A stretch of 16,082 nucleotides of DNA from Candidatus Hodarchaeota archaeon (GCA_029856365.1 JAHQWW010000083.1:1-16082), one strand, 5' to 3'. Numbered from the stretch's first letter, positions 8,304 through 16,082 are shown. The notes: generated by a model not told the origin, from the letters alone. Numbers and translations are program-made.

Positions 8304-9080
8304 GTGAATTCTCTTCTCTATCCTCAAAAACCATGTGGTCTCCCTTTCAGAGAAGCTATTCAGCGTGATCCCTCCTTAAGCAAATATGCAACCAAGAATA
8401 AAATTGATTTGGGGGATAGGGAGGCTTTACTTCTGTACAATCGGTTAGTACTACAAGATTTTATGTCTTTAGATTTCACGGTTCCTCCAGGATTTTTGGT
8501 TCCAACCATTTGCAGTCGGTGGGCTTTTATTTCATGGATTATTCAGGATAATCCATCTAAAGTCTTGGAGATCGGTACAGGTTCTTCTGCAATCCTAGCT
8601 TTGATGTTTACTAAAATTGGTTGTGTTGTAGAGGCAACAGAAATCAATGGTATTGCATTTCAAAGTGCTCGAAATAACATCAAATTTAATGGTCTAGATT
8701 CAAAGATACAGTTAAGAAAAATAAAAGGGAATGATTATATTCTTAAGAATTATTATACTTCTTTGAATAGATTTGATGTGATAGTTTGTAATCCACCACA
8801 ATATGACAAAGATTATTTCAAAAAGCAACGTTCATCAAATAAAGGTTTTGCTGGGCAAGAATCTGAACTAGTAGGAGGGGATAGAGGTCATGAATTTATT
8901 GTAAAGTTAATAGAGGAAATCGTAACTTTTACAAATCCTCCAAGTCTTTATTTCCAATTAACCGTACCTAATTTACAAAAAATAATTTGCTCTTATCTCC
9001 AAGATAAGAATTATTCATTTATTAAAGACAAGAATATTATTGGTACCAGACAACGATATTACTTCAGAGTAGATTATTAG
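8304..9080 (+). CDS. RlmF/METTL16-related SAM-dependent N6-adenine RNA methyltransferase
   Basis: N-terminal IDLGDREALLLYNR...VPPGFLVPT..SR resembles RlmF/METTL16. Motif I is LEIGTGSSAI, followed by EATEIN, the catalytic CNPPQY motif and ELVGG. Confidence 0.8.
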   Translation: MNSLLYPQKPCGLPFREAIQRDPSLSKYATKNKIDLGDREALLLYNRLVLQDFMSLDFTVPPGFLVPTICSRWAFISWIIQDNPSKVLEIGTGSSAILALMFTKIGCVVEATEINGIAFQSARNNIKFNGLDSKIQLRKIKGNDYILKNYYTSLNRFDVIVCNPPQYDKDYFKKQRSSNKGFAGQESELVGGDRGHEFIVKLIEEIVTFTNPPSLYFQLTVPNLQKIICSYLQDKNYSFIKDKNIIGTRQRYYFRVDY

Positions 9081-9176
9081 TCTTCTCATTCTAAGATATT
9101 AGGTGATTTACCTAATTATGTATAACAAATAAATCTAATCTCCAATTACTACTGACTTGTAGATTAATATTATTTC

Positions 9177-9527
9177 TCAATTGTTGAGACATTCTTCTAC
9201 GATTTCTATTGCTCTTCTTAGATGTGGGATAACAATTGATCCGCCAACAACTAGTGCTACATTAAATATCTCGTAAAACTCTTTTTCAGAGACACCCAAT
9301 TTATGGCACTGGAGAATATGGTAGGTGATACAGTCATTACACCTCAATACAAGACTAGCAACCAACCCTAGCATTTCTTTTACCTGGGAAGATAGTACTC
9401 CTTTGTCATATGTCCGTGAATCTATTGCAAAAAATCTTTTAATCCCTAGGTTTGCCTTTTCCAGAATAATTTCATTCATTTTTTCTCTATAATAATTAAA
9501 TTCCTCAATTTTAGACACGAAACTCAC
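9177..9527 (-). CDS. Carboxymuconolactone decarboxylase / AhpD-like protein
   Basis: KEMLGLVASLVLRCNDCITYH (CxxC-x3-H) and VVGGSIVIPH; 116 aa. Confidence 0.9.
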   Translation of the reverse strand: MSFVSKIEEFNYYREKMNEIILEKANLGIKRFFAIDSRTYDKGVLSSQVKEMLGLVASLVLRCNDCITYHILQCHKLGVSEKEFYEIFNVALVVGGSIVIPHLRRAIEIVEECLNN

Positions 9528-9695
9528 CTTATGGTTTCCTTTTTACTATAGATATGATCTCTAATGCTTTTCTTAATTATGTTTAAATGCTAATGTTTTA
9601 ATGTAATAAGTGATAGTTACTTTTCAAAACAGCGTAGAATTAGATGATCTTTCCCTTCCCCATTCGAAGCTATCAGAAAAAAACGGAGTAAATTG

Positions 9696-9941
9696 ATGTA
9701 TCTTGATCAACGAAATTTCGATTTGATTAAGCAATTCCTGTATAAACAGGGCCTATCCAATATAAGTTTATACAAAGAGAAATATCTTATTAGTCATTTG
9801 ACCATTAGAATGAAACAAAGGAATTGTAATAGTTTTGAAGATTATTATAACACTATATCCAGTAATCAAACTAGTTACTTTAGAGTACCCATTTATGGAA
9901 TAAGATTATTGCATTTAACTAAGGTTCAGATTTTTTGTTAA
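9696..9941 (+). pseudogene. cheR: Degenerate N-terminal fragment of chemotaxis methyltransferase CheR
   Basis: F..I...L...G....YK..YL...L..RM......SFEDYY...NQTSYFR matches the CheR N-terminal domain. There is an apparent frameshift right after YFR and no catalytic domain. Confidence 0.65.
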
Positions 9942-9993
9942 TGATTCTCCCCTAGAGGTGAATGGAATCATACAGAATTAATCGAAGATAAAA

Positions 9994-10009
9994 CGGAAAA
10001 ATTATTTAA
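9994..10009 (+). promoter_or_regulatory. Putative archaeal BRE/TATA promoter for the first rhodanese gene
   Basis: Purine-rich CGGAAAAA is followed by TTATTTAA (10002-10009), ending about 29 nt before ATG 10039. This spacing fits a leaderless transcript. Confidence 0.45.
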
Positions 10010-10038
10010 GTAATTCTTCAGGATCACTTCTGATTGAA

Positions 10039-10551
10039 ATGAATCCTAGGATCCTGAAAGTTAAATATTGCATCTCTTTGTGTATTGTTTTCATCATCTT
10101 AATCTTATCCTCTAATGGATGTCATTCATCTATAGGAGTGATTTCAAAATGGAATTATAATACAATTTCTGTTTCTGAGGCAAAAGAACTAATTGAAAAT
10201 AATACAAATTTGTTTATCCTCGATGTTCGAACAGAATCTGAATATAAAGAGGGCCATATCGAAAGTGCTTATCTAATACCTCATTCAGACATCATAGACC
10301 GTCAAGATGAGCTTCCCACTAATAAATCTCAAGCCATCCTTGTGTATTGTAGATCAGGTACGCGTTCTGCAACAGCCAGTAGTACACTAGATTCATTGAA
10401 TTATACCCAAATTTATAACATGGAAGGAGGTTTTACGGCATGGAAGAAGGCTGGTTATCCTTATATTAACAGTTCTACTACAGGATCATCATTATTATTG
10501 GTATTAAATATATTAATGCTAATGATTATTTACTTAAAGAAACGAACTTAA
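10039..10551 (+). CDS. Exported rhodanese-domain protein with C-terminal TM anchor (copy 1)
   Basis: N-terminal hydrophobic signal; rhodanese motifs LDVRT..EY..GHI, active loop YCRSGTRS and GGFTAW; C-terminal hydrophobic helix followed by KKRT. Confidence 0.92.
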   Translation: MNPRILKVKYCISLCIVFIILILSSNGCHSSIGVISKWNYNTISVSEAKELIENNTNLFILDVRTESEYKEGHIESAYLIPHSDIIDRQDELPTNKSQAILVYCRSGTRSATASSTLDSLNYTQIYNMEGGFTAWKKAGYPYINSSTTGSSLLLVLNILMLMIIYLKKRT

Positions 10552-11137
10552 TCACCACAAATAATATCAAGAGTTAGAAATTACTATTTTATCAATCTGG
10601 TATTTCTCCTAAGTTCTGACTAATCCTCGTTATTTTCACCTTTCAGTTTCTAAGGCAAAGGAACTAATTGAAAATAGTAAAAAAAATCCTTTATGACTAT
10701 TTAAGATGATAGAAATGATATTAAAATTCCATATCTCTAAATTTTGTTTTCTTGTTGTCATTTTTCTCACTATCTCATTTTTATCATCCCGTGGATGCTA
10801 TTTAACTACAGGAATAACATCAAAAGCAAGTTATGATACAATCTCTGTTTCAGAGGCTAAAGAACTAATTGAAAATAATACAGATTTGTTTATTCTTGAT
10901 GTACGAACAGAAACTGAATATAAAGAGGGTCATATTGAAAGTGCTTACCTAATACCTTATTTAGACATCAAAAATCGCCAAGATGAGCTTCCCACTAATA
11001 AATCTCAAGCTATCCTTGTGTATTGTAGATCAGGTACGCGTTCTGCAACAGCCAGTAGTACACTAGATTCATTGAATTATACTCAAGTTAATAACTTGGA
11101 GGGGGGTTTTACAGAATGGAAAAATGCTGGTTATCCT
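10161..11137 (+). repeat. Direct repeat of the rhodanese domain (10161-10461 vs 10837-11137, offset 676 nt)
   Basis: Hand alignment is colinear. The block 10303-10406 versus 10979-11082 differs at 1 of 104 nt. Confidence 0.9.
10640..10680 (+). pseudogene. Intergenic remnant of a third rhodanese copy
   Basis: CTTTCAGTTTCTAAGGCAAAGGAACTAATTGAAAATAGT translates to LSVSKAKELIENS, compared with ISVSEAKELIENN in both intact genes. It is bounded by in-frame stops. Confidence 0.7.
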
Positions 11138-11341
11138 TTTGAAACTGGTTCATTTGTTGAACCAAATACAAACACTACAGTAGGGACAACATCTATTGTT
11201 CAAACAAGACCATCTTCCAAGGAGCAAACATCAGCCTCATTAACGATTTCATCAACTATTCCTGCCTTTGAATTAGCCTTTATTATACAAGTAATTGGCC
11301 TATTTTTGATAACACTTAAAAAACTGCGAAATAAAGAATAA
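10706..11341 (+). CDS. Exported rhodanese-domain protein with Ser/Thr linker and CTERM-like sorting tail (copy 2)
   Basis: Signal peptide, rhodanese domain (YCRSGTRS), S/T-rich linker, then IPAFE, a TM helix and a basic tail (KKLRNKE). Confidence 0.92.
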   Translation: MIEMILKFHISKFCFLVVIFLTISFLSSRGCYLTTGITSKASYDTISVSEAKELIENNTDLFILDVRTETEYKEGHIESAYLIPYLDIKNRQDELPTNKSQAILVYCRSGTRSATASSTLDSLNYTQVNNLEGGFTEWKNAGYPFETGSFVEPNTNTTVGTTSIVQTRPSSKEQTSASLTISSTIPAFELAFIIQVIGLFLITLKKLRNKE

Positions 11342-11451
11342 AAAGTCCTTGAATTGAAGAATCAAATTATTAATATTCAATAAAGGAGTTTATAAAGGTA
11401 AAACTTTGATATTATGGCCAATGATGTCTATTACTCTGGTGAACTGAGTAA

Positions 11452-12996
11452 ATGAAATCTAACACAACTGCTAATCACCTTTCCAAAGAAACATCTATTT
11501 TAAAGTATCGCCAGGGAGGAATTTTACTTCACCCTACTTGCTTACCAGGTATGTTTGGTATAGGTGATCTTGGATCAGAATTTTACCATTTTATCGATTT
11601 TTTACATTTAAGTCGCCAGCAGTTACTGCAAATTTTACCACTTGGTCCGACAGGTTATGGAAATTCTCCTTACCAATCTTTTTCTGCTTTTGCAGGGAAT
11701 CCGTTACTGATTAGTCCTGAAAAACTCGTTGATATTGGTTTACTCACTTCTGATGAAATTATTCCCCCAAAATTACAATCATCAAGAGTGGATTATGAGA
11801 AGGTAATGCCCTATAAGTGGAATTTATTACTTCTGGCGTTTGAAAATTTCTCTAAAAAGGGACTCCCAGAGTTAAGGGCCCGATTTAAAACATTTACAAA
11901 AGAACACCATTATTGGTTGGAAGATTATGCACTATTTATGTCTATCAAGGAAGTTCATGATTTAGAAGCATGGAATACATGGGAAAGACCACTAAAAACA
12001 CGACAAGCATCTGCAATAACTTCTTGGAAGAAAAAATATAAAGAAAACATCGAATTTCATAAGTTTACTCAATTCTTCTTCTTCCATCAGTGGAATGAGG
12101 TAAGAAAGTATGCACACGAGAAGAAAGTATGCATTATTGGCGATATTCCAATATTTGTTGCTTATGATTCAGCGGATGTTTGGGCAAATTCCCATCTTTA
12201 TTACTTAGATAAGCACGGTGAATTGGAATACGTTGCAGGGGTGCCACCAGATTACTTTTCCGAGACAGGCCAACGTTGGGGAAATCCTATTTATCACTGG
12301 GATCGTATGCAAAAAAATGGGTACAAATGGTGGATTCAGAGACTAAACCATAGCTTTACTCTGGTTGATATTCTAAGAATTGATCATTTCAGGGGATTTG
12401 AGGCATATTGGCGGATACCTGCTGATGAACCAACAGCTATCAATGGAAAGTGGGTGCAAGGTCCAGGAATTGATCTTTTTATTACGTTAAAGAGTGCATG
12501 TGGATTTTTACCAATTATTGCTGAAAACCTTGGGATAATCACACCTACAGTTGATGAATTACTACAACAGACTGGGTTTCCAGGTATGCGAGTATTACAA
12601 TTTGCATTTGGATCTGAAGAGGAGGAGGGTATCGAAAATGATTATCTTCCTCACAATTATATTCCCAATACTGTTGTATATACTGGTACCCACGATAATG
12701 ATACAACTCTGGGTTGGTTTCAGACTGCACCTAAGGATGTCCAAAGAGAAGTCTTAGAATATCTTAACTCAGATGGTGAGGATATAGTTGGAGATTTAAT
12801 TCGACTAGCATGGAGTTCTGTCGCGAAAATCAGTATAATTCCGTTGCAAGATCTACTTCGATTAGGAAGTGAGGGACGTATGAATCTCCCTGGCTCAGAG
12901 AGCGGAAATTGGGAGTGGAGATTCACACAGGATCAGCTGACAGAAGAAAGAAGCGAGAAAATCGCCAAATTGAGTAAGATATATCAAAGATTATAA
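11452..12996 (+). CDS. malQ: 4-alpha-glucanotransferase (amylomaltase, GH77)
   Basis: Motifs GILLHPTCLPG, SPYQSFSAFAGN, GVPPDYFSETGQRWGNP, RIDHFRG, YTGTHDNDT and RMNLPG...NWEWR. A GGTGA RBS sits at 11438-11442 and TTTATAAA at 11389-11396. Confidence 0.97.
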   Translation: MKSNTTANHLSKETSILKYRQGGILLHPTCLPGMFGIGDLGSEFYHFIDFLHLSRQQLLQILPLGPTGYGNSPYQSFSAFAGNPLLISPEKLVDIGLLTSDEIIPPKLQSSRVDYEKVMPYKWNLLLLAFENFSKKGLPELRARFKTFTKEHHYWLEDYALFMSIKEVHDLEAWNTWERPLKTRQASAITSWKKKYKENIEFHKFTQFFFFHQWNEVRKYAHEKKVCIIGDIPIFVAYDSADVWANSHLYYLDKHGELEYVAGVPPDYFSETGQRWGNPIYHWDRMQKNGYKWWIQRLNHSFTLVDILRIDHFRGFEAYWRIPADEPTAINGKWVQGPGIDLFITLKSACGFLPIIAENLGIITPTVDELLQQTGFPGMRVLQFAFGSEEEEGIENDYLPHNYIPNTVVYTGTHDNDTTLGWFQTAPKDVQREVLEYLNSDGEDIVGDLIRLAWSSVAKISIIPLQDLLRLGSEGRMNLPGSESGNWEWRFTQDQLTEERSEKIAKLSKIYQRL

Positions 12997-13007
12997 GTAA
13001 AGAGGAA

Positions 13008-13409
13008 CTATCTCCCATGGCAATCTTTGATAGCCCATTCAATAAGTGGTTGAAGACTATTCCGTAATTGAATTCCTTTGGAAGTTAAATGATATTCAAC
13101 TCGAGGTGGGATTTCTGCAAAATGCTTCTTGTTGAGGATCTTCATTTCTTCTAGCTCTTTCAATCGTGAAGATAATGTTGTATCACTAATTATTTCTGAG
13201 GTAATTCCTTTAATTCTAGTTTTAACCTCTGAATATCTCAATTTCTTAATTGTACTAGCAAATTCATCGTGGTCTATTGGAAAAATCATTATAATAAATA
13301 TCATCCACTTTTTACTGATTGATTTTAGGTATTTTATAAGAGGTTTCAGGCAAATACCATTTACCTCAATTGGTAGGCATTCTTGTATCATTTTTTGTTG
13401 AGTGATCAA
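13008..13409 (-). CDS. HxlR/DUF24-family winged-helix transcriptional regulator
   Basis: Motifs KKWMIFII, LRYSEVK..I, ISDTTLSSRLKELE and PPRVEYHLT..G..L. The N-terminal region has two cysteines (ECLP..GICL). An alternative ATG lies at 13391. Confidence 0.9.
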   Translation of the reverse strand: MITQQKMIQECLPIEVNGICLKPLIKYLKSISKKWMIFIIMIFPIDHDEFASTIKKLRYSEVKTRIKGITSEIISDTTLSSRLKELEEMKILNKKHFAEIPPRVEYHLTSKGIQLRNSLQPLIEWAIKDCHGR

Positions 13410-13429
13410 TTCTTTATTCCACCGTAGTA

Positions 13430-13496
13430 ACTAACAAAGTGTTTAGTAAATGATTTATTAAGCTTTAGTTTTTGGTGTTAATCACTTTATTAAAGT
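13430..13496. promoter_or_regulatory. Putative divergent promoter with two inverted-repeat operators
   Basis: ACTAA-N8-TTAGT (13430-13447) and ACTTT-ATT-AAAGT (13484-13496) flank TTTATTAA (13454-13461), between the HxlR gene and the small ORF/ABC genes. Confidence 0.45.
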
Positions 13497-13515
13497 TGTA
13501 AAAAAGTGAAGAAAA

Positions 13516-13677
13516 ATGTCAAAAAAGAAGGATTGTTCCTGTGAAAAGCATAAGAAAGATCATCATGAAGAGATGAACCAGTCAGAAAAGATAAAACACC
13601 TCAATGAATGTCTTGAGGATGTTATTGGGAGGCTTGAGTGTATCAAAGAGATTGTAATAAAACTATCATCAAATTAG
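13516..13677 (+). CDS. Small Cys/His-rich protein (53 aa), below the ORF-track cutoff
   Basis: ATG 13516 to TAG 13677 gives MSKKKDCSCEKHKKDHHEEMNQSEKIKHLNECLEDVIGRLECIKEIVIKLSSN. It fills an otherwise long gap and has a coiled-coil-like C-terminus. Confidence 0.7.
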   Translation: MSKKKDCSCEKHKKDHHEEMNQSEKIKHLNECLEDVIGRLECIKEIVIKLSSN

Positions 13678-13756
13678 AAATCACGAAAGGATTTCTTTTT
13701 TATAATGATAGATGCTATGAAGTTGTAACTAAATCTTTTCCTAGAAGTTGATTATA

Positions 13757-14758
13757 ATGACCAATGCAATTGAAGTTGATAATTTATCCAAGCACTTTCA
13801 CACTCCTAAAGCAAAAAAATTATTTCTAGCCAAACAAAAAAGTTTTGAACAGAAAGCCACCAAAAGAGACGTTATACGAGCTGTAGATAATGTGAGTTTT
13901 CATGTTGTAAAAGGAGAAATCTTCGGTTTATTAGGACCTAATGGCGCTGGGAAGACAACAACAATACGAATGCTAACAGGAGTATTAAAACCAACAGCAG
14001 GGAAAATTACCATATTGGGGAGAGATTTCTTGAAAAATAGAATAGTGATCCAACAAATCATCGGTAATGTGCCAGAAATGGCAAATGCTTACCTAGATCT
14101 ATCAGGATTCCAAAATTTAGAGTTGATTGGTGAACTTTATGGTGTAAAGAAGACTGAACGCATTAAACAAGCCGAATATCTGCTAAAAAAGTTTGGAATT
14201 TTTGAAAGTCGTAATCTCAAAGCAAAAAAATATTCAAAAGGAATGAGACAACGATTATTATTGTGTATGGCCTTAATGAGTAATCCAAAAGTACTTTTTC
14301 TAGATGAACCAACTTCAGGTTTGGATGTACAAAGTAGTATTATTATTAAAAATCTAATAAGAGAATATCACAAAACAGGTATGACAATAGTTCTCACAAC
14401 GCACAATATGGATGTTGCAAATGAGTTATGTGACAGAATAGGGATTATAAATAAAGGCAAACTGGTAGGATTAGATACACCAGAAAATCTGCTAAAATTA
14501 ATGCAAGAATATCTAGCTTTAGATGTTAGTTTCGAAAATAACTATATTAACGAAAAAGAAATGATAATTTTACCATATGTCAAGAAGATTTCCAAAATTG
14601 GGAAAAAATACCGAATTATTGTTAGTAGCCTTAATGATGGTCTTTGTGATATTGTAGAATATGCAAAATCAAATAATTTGAAGATAGATAAAATCAATAC
14701 ATATGAACCGCATTTACAGGATGTTTTCATACAAATTATTAATGTAGGAGGAGTCTAA
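13757..14758 (+). CDS. ABC-2 type exporter ATP-binding subunit (DrrA/NodI-like)
   Basis: Walker A GPNGAGKTT, signature YSKGMRQR, Walker B LFLDEPTSGLD, TTHNM, and a C-terminal P.L.DVF tail. Confidence 0.95.
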   Translation: MTNAIEVDNLSKHFHTPKAKKLFLAKQKSFEQKATKRDVIRAVDNVSFHVVKGEIFGLLGPNGAGKTTTIRMLTGVLKPTAGKITILGRDFLKNRIVIQQIIGNVPEMANAYLDLSGFQNLELIGELYGVKKTERIKQAEYLLKKFGIFESRNLKAKKYSKGMRQRLLLCMALMSNPKVLFLDEPTSGLDVQSSIIIKNLIREYHKTGMTIVLTTHNMDVANELCDRIGIINKGKLVGLDTPENLLKLMQEYLALDVSFENNYINEKEMIILPYVKKISKIGKKYRIIVSSLNDGLCDIVEYAKSNNLKIDKINTYEPHLQDVFIQIINVGGV

Positions 14759-14759
14759 A

Positions 14760-15530
14760 GTGCAAGAATTTATTTCAGATAGTCCAACATCTCTCATTAC
14801 TCAATTAAAGAGATCATTTGCTATTATGAAGAAAGACCTTAGGATCTATTATAATAAAGGGCCTGTGATCATTCAGGGAATACTTTTCCCAGTAATGCTA
14901 TTTTTTGCTTTTACTATCGGCAGAAATATAGCCCCAGTTTATATTATCTCTGGCCTTATGGCTATGGTACTCTTTCTGACTTCAACTTCAATAGGACCAG
15001 TAGTATTCCCCTGGGAAACAAGGCAAATGACTCTTGAAAGATTAATAACATGTCCAGTTTCAATAAAAACGATTTTGTTGGGAAATTTGTGGAGTTCACT
15101 TGTCTTTGGTTGTGTTTTTTCAACTATTCCTTTAATTTTAGGAATGATTCTATTTTTTGAGTTCCAAATGAATTATTTCTTAATTATCATGGGAATTATA
15201 ATTGCTGCGCTAGCATTTTCTAGTTTCTCATTAATTCTTTCAGTACCTCCAACAGATATGCCTGCAAATACAATGATTTTAACCATCTTAGTTAAATTTC
15301 CAATAATATTCATAAGTCCTCTGTTTATGCCAGTTTCTTTTGCACCACTTGCGATAGTTTCCCCACTCACTTATTTCATTGATATAATAAATATTGGTCT
15401 TGGAATTGAAAGTTCATTTGGATACCTCGGATTTTTTTTTGACTTTATTATATTAATGGTCTTTTCTCTCTTGTCTTTATTTGCAGCGTTTTTCTTACAT
15501 GAAAAAACTATAACGAGAAGATTTTCTTGA
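14760..15530 (+). CDS. ABC-2 type exporter permease
   Basis: About six hydrophobic helices, ETRQMTLERLITCPVS and SPLTY motifs. It starts after a 1-nt gap from the ATPase stop, with GGAGG upstream. Confidence 0.92.
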   Translation: MQEFISDSPTSLITQLKRSFAIMKKDLRIYYNKGPVIIQGILFPVMLFFAFTIGRNIAPVYIISGLMAMVLFLTSTSIGPVVFPWETRQMTLERLITCPVSIKTILLGNLWSSLVFGCVFSTIPLILGMILFFEFQMNYFLIIMGIIIAALAFSSFSLILSVPPTDMPANTMILTILVKFPIIFISPLFMPVSFAPLAIVSPLTYFIDIINIGLGIESSFGYLGFFFDFIILMVFSLLSLFAAFFLHEKTITRRFS

Positions 15531-15667
15531 TCTAATTTTATTATTAATATAGTCCTTTTTCCAATAATAGAGAGGTATTACATTAATTTTATTATTTAAA
15601 GTGATTCAGTTAAATTTAATTCACTCGTTCTCTACTGTATTAAAATAGAATAAGGAGACAATATCTG

Positions 15668-16082
15668 ATGAGTAAAAACTCGATTATCACTGCTTCGGGT
15701 AAAATAACAAGTGAGATCTATCATTTGGATATTGAACAGTATAATATGTCGCGATCTTGCTCCATATTTTTCTTGGTAACACCTGAATCGATTGTTATCA
15801 TGGATGTAGGGACTTCAGATGATGTGGACTCAATATTTGAGTTCATGAAGATTAATAACTTTCCTTTAAAGAAAACCCAGTATCTTGTTCCATCTCATCA
15901 TCATTTTGATCATTTTGGGGGTGGATGGAAATTATGGAAGGTAATTCACGATTTTAATCCTGATGTGAAAGTTTTAAAAACTGGAAAAACAAAAAGATTA
16001 TTACAAAATCCAAGTGATCATATCATCCGAGCCAAGCGAACTTTTGGGGAATTTGTTGGAGTAATGAAGCCTCTTCCTGATG
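15668..16082 (+). CDS. Metallo-beta-lactamase-fold hydrolase, 3'-truncated by the window edge
   Basis: Not in the ORF track. ATG 15668 with AGGAG upstream gives MSKNSIITASGKITSEIYHLD...IMDVGT...VPSHHHFDHFGG (HxHxDH), open to the window end. Confidence 0.9.
   Translation, partial: MSKNSIITASGKITSEIYHLDIEQYNMSRSCSIFFLVTPESIVIMDVGTSDDVDSIFEFMKINNFPLKKTQYLVPSHHHFDHFGGGWKLWKVIHDFNPDVKVLKTGKTKRLLQNPSDHIIRAKRTFGEFVGVMKPLPD

Noticed and set aside
10161-11137. Rhodanese repeats as a diversity-generating retroelement TR/VR pair or a CRISPR-like array
   Set aside because: Mismatches are mostly synonymous and not adenine-specific, both copies are coding, and there is no reverse transcriptase or regular repeat-spacer structure.
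455-15370. Short alternative-frame and antisense ORFs in the track (for example 455-733, 2183-2416, 3777-4007, 7351-7665, 12545-12926, 13129-13401, 15173-15370)
   Set aside because: They overlap well-supported genes and carry no recognisable motifs, so they are shadow ORFs.
3285-15530. Selenocysteine recoding at TGA stops (3287, 6496, 9177, 15530)
   Set aside because: The proteins look complete at these stops, no catalytic motif is interrupted and I recognised no SECIS-like hairpin.
1-16082. tRNA/rRNA genes, transposases, integrases, CRISPR arrays
   Set aside because: None was recognisable by eye. The intergenic regions are short and AT-rich, without GC-rich structured segments.

Overview
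AT-rich, gene-dense prokaryotic window with archaeal-style expression signals: TATA-like boxes about 30 bp upstream of starts, GGTGA/GAGGT ribosome-binding sites and a CTERM-like surface-sorting tail. An Asgard (Heimdallarchaeia-like) origin is plausible but is only an inference. Contents in order: the 3' part of a tandem-fused 'double' UvrA-family ATPase whose complete second unit lacks the UvrB-binding domain, translationally coupled to a QW-repeat (prenyltransferase/squalene-cyclase-like) alpha-barrel protein; an alpha/beta hydrolase; a HEAT-repeat DNA alkylation repair protein; an ACT-domain protein; a methionine gamma-lyase-like PLP enzyme divergent from an RlmF/METTL16-like methyltransferase; an AhpD/CMD protein; a decayed cheR fragment; two exported, membrane-anchored rhodaneses plus a remnant third copy; malQ; an HxlR regulator divergent from an unlisted 53-aa Cys/His-rich ORF and an ABC-2 exporter; and the start of an MBL-fold hydrolase. 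I saw no RNA genes, CRISPR arrays or mobile elements.
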